From an uncultured bacterium (lineage in GTDB: Bacteria; Krumholzibacteriota; Krumholzibacteriia; Krumholzibacteriales; Krumholzibacteriaceae): DNA of 64,000 nucleotides. The stretch covers positions 928,001 to 992,000 of the forward strand of contig CAWBAN010000001.1 in assembly GCA_963786935.1 (NCBI GenBank), in the 5' to 3' direction. The notes under the pieces were generated by a model. That model searched no databases. It was not told the origin of the DNA and saw only the letters and a program-made list of their open reading frames with translations. A program made the translations under genes and the position numbers. Shown here piece after piece: positions 57,900 through 64,000 of this stretch (its first letter is position 1; every line of letters begins with the position of its first letter).

Positions 57900-60593
57900 A
57901 TGAACGTGCGCATTCCGAGAATCATCCGGGCGGCGGCCGCCGCGCTCGCCATTCTCGTTTTCGCTCCTCTCGCGGCGCGATCCGCGGCTCAGCAGCAGGA
58001 CGACGCACTCAAGCGGCAGTTCGTCCGCTTCCTCGAAGGGGGCGCGGAGACCGCGGCGCTCACGCCCGGCCAGGCGCTGTACCCCCTCCGCGTGCATCCC
58101 CTCACGGCGACGACGGCGTTCGTCCTTCTCGAAAACGAGCCGCTCGTCCTCAAGGAGTACTATTCCGGGATTTCGCGGGCCGTCATGCAGCTCTTCGACG
58201 AAGAGAACCTCGCGGGGGATCTCGTCCGCGGCATGCCGGGGGCGAAGCGGAAAGCCGCCTCGATCCTCTCCCCCGGCCTGAATTCGCTCGCCGCGCTCGA
58301 GCTTTACAGCCTCCACCTCGTCGCGTGGAAGACGGGCGCGTACGAGGACGCGCTCGAATGCCTCGCCTGGTCCCGGTCGCTCTCGGGCGCGGTTACGCGG
58401 GGATTCTACGATCCCGACAGCGCGTGCTTCTTTCCCATCAACGCGGAAGGCCGGTTCGTCACGGATTACCACCCCGGTCAGCTCCTGCCCCTCGTCGGCG
58501 ACAGGCTCCTCGGGCGGATCGCGCGCGAGAGAATCGCCGGCGCGTACCTCGGGGGAAGCGCCGGCGCGGATCGCGAGAAGGCGGTCGATCCCGGCGATCC
58601 GTGGAGCGATCCGTCCATGCGGTTCATGATGCTCGACCTCCTCGCCGCCGCCGTCACCGAGGACGGCCCGCTGTTCTCATCCCTCCGGGCGGAAGCCGCC
58701 GGCACGGATGTGAAACCGTCCCCCTGGATCGATTACTGGCGAGAGAACCGCGCCGCGGCGCGGCGGCTCTTTCCCCCGTGGGCCGCGATCTCCCCGCTCG
58801 TGAACCTCACGCTCCTGCTCGAACGCGAGGGGCTTGTTCCGCCGAAGGAGCTCGCCGTGCTGAGCGCCGGGACCGATTCGATCGCCGCGGCGCTCTCCGC
58901 GGATGCGATGACCCTCGAATCCTACGAACAGGCGATCGCCGTCATAAACAGGATGCTCTCAAGGCTTTCCCGATTCTCCGGGCTCCTCGACACGCCGAAG
59001 GAGAGCTGGCGCGTGATGGACTCGGCGAAGTGGCGGCGCCTGTCCCCCCGCGCGAAGCGGCTCATCAACGAGACGCTCGCCGGCGTCCCCGCCGATCTGG
59101 CGGCCGCGAAGGCGGACCTTTCGCTGAGTCTCGAGCGCGAATGCGGCCTCGTCTTCAGCCTCGGCCTCCCCGCGAAGCCGGTTCCCCGGGGCATGGCGGT
59201 CGAGTTCGCCGCCTCTCTCCGCTCGCTGCGCGATCCGATCACGGTCTCGCGCTTCTACCTTCGGATCGGCGAGCGGCGCTGGCAGCTCACCGAAAGCTCC
59301 GATACCGTCACGATCGCTCCGAACGGCGGGCCGTTCGTTCACCGGGGGAGCATTCCTCTCCCGGATGGCAGCGAGCCGGGCATCGTCACGCTGAATGCCG
59401 CGCTCGAATTCCTGCACGAGGGAAAGATGGTCGAAATCCGCGGCATCGAGAGCGTCGCCGTGACGAAGGAATCGGACGCCGTCATCGACTTGCCGGACGG
59501 AAGGCGCATCGGCGGGAAACCCGTTCGGATCTCTCTCGGAATCGTTTCACGGGCCGGCCGCGACGTGCAGGGAACGGTCGACGGGACGATCCTGCGGGAG
59601 TTTTCGACGGAGCCGCCGCTCCCTGCCCGCTTCGTCGCCCGGGCCGGCGCGGAGCGCACCGATCTCGCCGTCACCATCATCCCGAAGGGCGCGATCTCGC
59701 CGGGGCGCTATCCCTTCTCGCTGACCGTGACGCTCGACGGCAAATCCGTCGCGCGGTTCAAGGATTTTCTCGTTCGCCCCTTCAACTGGCTTCATCTCGG
59801 AACGCTCGAGAAACGGGACGAGCCGCTCCGCGACGGGGTCTCGTTCCAGCAGGATCTCTTCAAGCCCTACGCCTCCTCCGACGGCCGCGAGCTGCGGTGG
59901 CAGGAGGTCCCGCCGGGGGCGATCGACGGTGAAGGCGCTCTCAGGCCCGCGCGGCTCTACGGAAAGAGTCCGGGGCGTTGCGCCCTGTTCTACACGGTCG
60001 TCGACGCGAGCGCCCCGATGAGGCTCGTCTGGCGGCTCGCCACGAGGAACGCCTTCTCCCTCTGGATCAACGGCGAACCGGTCGTTCCGGGAACCGATGA
60101 ACGGCTCGAGGGGGCAAGCGGCGCCGTCGATCTGAGGAAAGGCCCGAACTCCATTCTCATCGCCGTATGCTGGGACGTTTCGCCGGACGCCATACTGTTC
60201 CAGTTCGAGGACGAGAGCGGGCTCCCTCCCTCGGGGCTCGACAACGAGCTCGACGAGATCATCGACGGATTCGATCGCCTCAACGTCGCGCAGAGCGTCA
60301 AGAAAAAGGAGTCCCCCTCGTCGGCGGAGGAGCTCAAGGACGTCCGCGTCGAATACGAGAATCCCCGGGCCACCGAGGTCTCGATCATCGGCTCGTTCAA
60401 CAACTGGGAAGCGGGCGCCACGCCCCTGAGCAAGGCGGGAAAGGGCGTCTGGGCGGTGACGCTGCACCTGCGGTCGGGACGCTACCCGTACAAGTTTCTC
60501 GTGAACCGGAAACAGAAGATGGCCGATCCGAAGAACGAAGCGACCGAGCCGGACGGTTTCGGCGGAACCAATTCGATCCTCGAGGTTAAGTAG
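57900..60593 (+). CDS. Large secreted protein with Ig-like middle domains and a C-terminal CBM48/AMPK-type glycogen-binding domain
   Basis: Signal peptide; C-terminal A.EV.I.GSFNNW...W...L.L..G.Y.YKF.VN....DP.N....DGFGG.NS.L.V. Confidence 0.78.
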   Translation: MNVRIPRIIRAAAAALAILVFAPLAARSAAQQQDDALKRQFVRFLEGGAETAALTPGQALYPLRVHPLTATTAFVLLENEPLVLKEYYSGISRAVMQLFDEENLAGDLVRGMPGAKRKAASILSPGLNSLAALELYSLHLVAWKTGAYEDALECLAWSRSLSGAVTRGFYDPDSACFFPINAEGRFVTDYHPGQLLPLVGDRLLGRIARERIAGAYLGGSAGADREKAVDPGDPWSDPSMRFMMLDLLAAAVTEDGPLFSSLRAEAAGTDVKPSPWIDYWRENRAAARRLFPPWAAISPLVNLTLLLEREGLVPPKELAVLSAGTDSIAAALSADAMTLESYEQAIAVINRMLSRLSRFSGLLDTPKESWRVMDSAKWRRLSPRAKRLINETLAGVPADLAAAKADLSLSLERECGLVFSLGLPAKPVPRGMAVEFAASLRSLRDPITVSRFYLRIGERRWQLTESSDTVTIAPNGGPFVHRGSIPLPDGSEPGIVTLNAALEFLHEGKMVEIRGIESVAVTKESDAVIDLPDGRRIGGKPVRISLGIVSRAGRDVQGTVDGTILREFSTEPPLPARFVARAGAERTDLAVTIIPKGAISPGRYPFSLTVTLDGKSVARFKDFLVRPFNWLHLGTLEKRDEPLRDGVSFQQDLFKPYASSDGRELRWQEVPPGAIDGEGALRPARLYGKSPGRCALFYTVVDASAPMRLVWRLATRNAFSLWINGEPVVPGTDERLEGASGAVDLRKGPNSILIAVCWDVSPDAILFQFEDESGLPPSGLDNELDEIIDGFDRLNVAQSVKKKESPSSAEELKDVRVEYENPRATEVSIIGSFNNWEAGATPLSKAGKGVWAVTLHLRSGRYPYKFLVNRKQKMADPKNEATEPDGFGGTNSILEVK

Positions 60594-60632
60594 AGAAAGC
60601 GGCGCGAGCCGGCGAGCGGAGGAGGAGAAGGC

Positions 60633-61817
60633 GTGGCGCGACGGACGAACAAGCGGCGGCTCATGATCGTTTTCGGCACGCGGCCCGAGGTGATCAAGCT
60701 CGCGCCCGTGATCGAGGAGCTCCGCGCGAAGTCCCGGAAATTCTCCGTCGCCGCCTGCTTCACCGCCCAGCACCGGGAGATGTGCGAAACGCTCCTGCGC
60801 TTCTTCTCGATCGAGCCCTCGTACGACCTCGACGTCATGGTCGAGAAGCAATCCCTCACCGATATCGCCACGCGGACGATGCAGCGTCTCGACGCCGTGC
60901 TCTCGCGCGACCCCGCGGATATGATCATCGTGCAGGGGGACACGACCTCGGCGTTCGCCGCCGCGCTCCTCGCCTTCTACCGGCGCATCCCCGTGGCCCA
61001 CGTCGAGGCGGGGCTCAGGACGCGCGACGTCTGGAATCCGTACCCCGAGGAGATGAACCGCGCGCTCATCGGGCGAATCGCCCGCCTCCACTTCGCCCCC
61101 ACCAAACGGGCCGTCCGCGCGCTCGCCGACGAGGGAATCGGGCCCCGCGGCGTGTACGTCACGGGCAACACCGTCATCGACGCCCTCCACCTCGCGCTCG
61201 CGAAGCGCGCATCGCGCGAGCGGCGATCCGCGCGCGGCGCGCGCGGCGGGAGAACGCTCATCCTCGTCACCGCGCACCGGCGGGAGAGCTTCGGGAAGGG
61301 AATCGAGGAGATATGCGCGGCGATCCTCGATCTCGTCGGCCGGAACGAGGAGCTCGAGATATTCTTCCCGGTCCATCCGAATCCCGCGGTCAAAAAGCCG
61401 GTCGAACGCGCGCTCGGCGCGCACCCCCGCATCACCCTGTCTCCGCCGCTCGAATATCCCGATCTCATCGACGTCATGGAGCGCTCGAGCCTCGTGCTCA
61501 CCGACTCGGGAGGGCTGCAGGAGGAGGCTCCCGCGCTCGGGCTCCCCGTCGTCGTCATGCGCGACGAAACGGAGCGCCCCGAGATCGTGGAGGCGGGGGG
61601 TGCGGTGCTCGCGGGACCGCACCGGGACCGGATCGTCGCCGAGGTCGAGCGAATCCTCGGGAACCGGCGCGCCTACGACCGGATGGCGCGCGTGAGAAAT
61701 CCGTTCGGCGACGGCACCGCGTCGCGCCGCATCGTGAGAATCCTCGACGCGTGGTTCTCCGCGCCGGGCGCGATGAACACACGCTCATTCAGAAGCACGG
61801 TGGAGTTCCGCCCATGA
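60633..61817 (+). CDS. wecB: UDP-N-acetylglucosamine 2-epimerase (non-hydrolysing)
   Basis: FGTRPE.IK, QGDT, HVEAGLR, PEE.NR, TAHRRE, TDSGG.QEEA and NPFGDG motifs. Confidence 0.96.
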   Translation: MARRTNKRRLMIVFGTRPEVIKLAPVIEELRAKSRKFSVAACFTAQHREMCETLLRFFSIEPSYDLDVMVEKQSLTDIATRTMQRLDAVLSRDPADMIIVQGDTTSAFAAALLAFYRRIPVAHVEAGLRTRDVWNPYPEEMNRALIGRIARLHFAPTKRAVRALADEGIGPRGVYVTGNTVIDALHLALAKRASRERRSARGARGGRTLILVTAHRRESFGKGIEEICAAILDLVGRNEELEIFFPVHPNPAVKKPVERALGAHPRITLSPPLEYPDLIDVMERSSLVLTDSGGLQEEAPALGLPVVVMRDETERPEIVEAGGAVLAGPHRDRIVAEVERILGNRRAYDRMARVRNPFGDGTASRRIVRILDAWFSAPGAMNTRSFRSTVEFRP

Positions 61818-62437
61818 AGTCCGCGATCGAACGATCCGTTTTCGCCCGCCGGCGAGCGATCCTCGCGCTCGCGATCGTCGCGGCCGGCGCGCTCACGTGG
61901 GCCGGCGCCTCGGCCGAGACGCCACGACGCATCTGCGCCTCGCTCGAGACGCGCTATTATATCTTCGACCCGGCGTTCTTCGATATCGACGACGGGCTCG
62001 GCGGCGGCGCCGCGCTGCGCTACGAGATCGCGAACGATTTCTACTTCGAGAACGCGATCGGGCTCATCGACGGGGAAGCCGACGGCGTCGACATCGACGG
62101 GTTTGATTACCGGCTGAATCTGTTCGCTATCATTCCCTATTTCATCCCGGTTCCCTATCGGCCCGTCGCGCGGCTCGGCGTCGGCTTTTTGTCGGTCAAT
62201 CCCGTCACCGCCACCCCGACGGACACGTACCGCCCGACCCAGACGACCATGTATCTCCTCGCCGGCGCCGGCATCAACCGGATGTTTCTGAAACGCATGC
62301 TCGTCGAGCTGGGCGCCGAAGTGCTGTTCACGCCCTACCAGTACCGGATCTACGAATTCGACCGGCAGAACGTCGTCACGAACCTCGAGCGATTCACGCA
62401 CTACTCGGCGACGCTGGCGGTCACGTACACCTTCTGA
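61814..62437 (+). CDS. Small outer-membrane beta-barrel protein
   Basis: ATGA-coupled to wecB; signal peptide; amphipathic strands; terminal LAVTYTF. Confidence 0.72.
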   Translation: MKSAIERSVFARRRAILALAIVAAGALTWAGASAETPRRICASLETRYYIFDPAFFDIDDGLGGGAALRYEIANDFYFENAIGLIDGEADGVDIDGFDYRLNLFAIIPYFIPVPYRPVARLGVGFLSVNPVTATPTDTYRPTQTTMYLLAGAGINRMFLKRMLVELGAEVLFTPYQYRIYEFDRQNVVTNLERFTHYSATLAVTYTF

Positions 62438-62449
62438 TGTCCGGGATCA

Positions 62450-64000
62450 TCACGGAACGTAGACAAGCTTGATCTTCTTCGAAGCGTTTCCCGAGCGCAG
62501 CACGCAGAAATATATTCCGGCGGCCGTCCCGTGCCCGGCCGGCGCCCACCGCACCGTCCGGATCCCGCGTCCGAAGACGCCGTCGGCGAGGCGCGCGACG
62601 ATCCTCCCCGAAACGTCGTACACGTCGATCGCGGCGGAGCCGGTCTGCGGCATGAAGAAGCTCACCGTGGTCTCACGCGCAAAGGGATTGGGATAATTCT
62701 TGAACCATTCGATCCCGAACGGACCGGGGAGCATGTAGCGCTCTTCCCGATCGCCGTTCAGATAGGTGACGATCTGATAGGCGTACGATCTCCCGGGCTC
62801 GACCGAAGCGTCCTTGAACGAGAATTGCCCCGTGGCGCTCCGCAGCGTGTCGGGGGTCATACGTTCTCCGACCGTCCCCCCGTCGGCGAAGCGATAGAGC
62901 AGGCAGCCCCGGATTCCCGGCAGGTCCATCAGCGTCCATGCGGCGAGGAGGTAATCGGACCCGGCGGTCACCGATGCGCTCAGATACACCGATACGATCT
63001 CGATCGTCTTCGGCGCCGTCGACGGCTGACCGCTTCCGCTGACGACGACGAGATTCCACGTGCCCGAATACAGCAGGTCGATCGGGAAGGTCGCGATGAT
63101 CCGCTCCTCCCCCCGCCAATCGACGGCGGTCGCGCGGACCGTGTCGAATGCGAGCGCGAGGTACGCGCTCGCCCCGTATTCCATCCCCGAGCCCCGGATG
63201 TCGAGCGCCGCGACCGCATCGCGCTCCTTGTCGATCGTGTCGGGAAGAACGGCGTCGATCGCCGGCGCGCTCATGCCGCCGACGAACGTCGCCGAAACGT
63301 TCGAGGCGCCGATCGCGATGCCGGTGATGGACACCGGGCTCGCGACCCCGCCGTTCGTATGGCTGTTCGGGGCCGTGGACGCGCCGAACGAGCGGTTGTT
63401 CGAGCTTCCCGGGTAGGGATCGCCGTTGTCTCCCGTGTTCCCTCCCATATAGGAGGGCTCGAGAAGGTTGTACTCGCCGTCGGCCTCCTCGAGAACGAGC
63501 CCGCGGGCCTGGTTGCCGCTCGAGCCTCCGCTGTTGCCGAGCGCCGAGTAGGCGATGCTGTTCTCGGCGTGCCAGACGAGCATCCCCTCCTGGATGAGGT
63601 TGGCGTCGAAGCCGGTTCTGCGCCTGTTCTCGACGACGAAATACTCCGCGGGCGGCGAGCCGTTCCGCCAGGCGCCCGAGTCGAGATTGAAATCGGCCGA
63701 GTAGTCGAGGCCTCCCCCCGCGATCGTCATGTTGTCGATGTTGAAGACGTATCGCGCGTTCGAGCTGTAGCTTCCGTCCTCGTCACTGTAGCTGTCATCG
63801 GAGGTGAATTCGAACCGCAGGGTGAACGAGCAGGCGCCGGCGGGCAAGCGAGCGCCGATGTCGACCGGCTGCCGTCCGTTGAGCCGTCCCGTCAGCTTCA
63901 TGAGCGTATCGACAGAGCCCGCGCGCTCGAGGAGGAGCCGTCCGAAATCGTAGCCCGTCTCCGCGTCGATCCAGACGTCGAACGCCATCGTCACGGGACG
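62450..64000 (-). CDS. M6 (immune inhibitor A)-like metalloprotease, C-terminal part, with a FlgD-Ig/T9SS-type C-terminal domain; partial at the right edge
   Basis: EYFVVENR...GFD......GMLVWH, LEEADG and GDPYPG motifs; NYPNPF...IDVYDVSGR.V..L...W...G.YF. The HExxH region is not in the window. Confidence 0.75.
   Translation of the reverse strand, partial: RPVTMAFDVWIDAETGYDFGRLLLERAGSVDTLMKLTGRLNGRQPVDIGARLPAGACSFTLRFEFTSDDSYSDEDGSYSSNARYVFNIDNMTIAGGGLDYSADFNLDSGAWRNGSPPAEYFVVENRRRTGFDANLIQEGMLVWHAENSIAYSALGNSGGSSGNQARGLVLEEADGEYNLLEPSYMGGNTGDNGDPYPGSSNNRSFGASTAPNSHTNGGVASPVSITGIAIGASNVSATFVGGMSAPAIDAVLPDTIDKERDAVAALDIRGSGMEYGASAYLALAFDTVRATAVDWRGEERIIATFPIDLLYSGTWNLVVVSGSGQPSTAPKTIEIVSVYLSASVTAGSDYLLAAWTLMDLPGIRGCLLYRFADGGTVGERMTPDTLRSATGQFSFKDASVEPGRSYAYQIVTYLNGDREERYMLPGPFGIEWFKNYPNPFARETTVSFFMPQTGSAAIDVYDVSGRIVARLADGVFGRGIRTVRWAPAGHGTAAGIYFCVLRSGNASKKIKLVYVP

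Noticed and set aside
62450..62720. FlgD-Ig/T9SS-like CTD as proof of a type IX secretion system
   Set aside because: No por/spr/gld genes are in the window, and such domains also occur in lineages without a demonstrated T9SS.

Overview
A GC-rich (roughly two-thirds GC by eye) bacterial chromosome segment from an anaerobe with an outer membrane. FlgD-Ig/T9SS-like C-terminal domains, a GWxTD protein and a TonB protein suggest an FCB-related candidate phylum such as Krumholzibacteriota or Latescibacterota (inference). It carries an hdrCBA-mvhDGA-maturation protease operon, ggt, ychF-archease-rtcB, a membrane pyrophosphatase, tdh-kbl-nadE, purA, tRNA-Leu-tig-clpP-clpX-lon-engB, wecB, three tRNAs and many secreted hypotheticals. 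I saw no transposase, integrase, prophage or CRISPR array. Four observations stand out. (1) Six secreted proteins from four unrelated families end in the same short tail, [GAS][VTI][ERD]xx[STN]W[GT]x[IVL]Kx[LI][FY], a candidate protein-sorting signal. (2) A 938-aa DnaE paralog has lost its catalytic aspartates and dNTP-binding arginines but keeps a QISLF clamp-binding motif. (3) MvhA has an in-frame UGA with a SECIS-like hairpin at the bridging Cys of the N-terminal Ni-binding motif. (4) A 74-nt tRNA-like element has an acceptor stem and T-arm but no D or anticodon arms.
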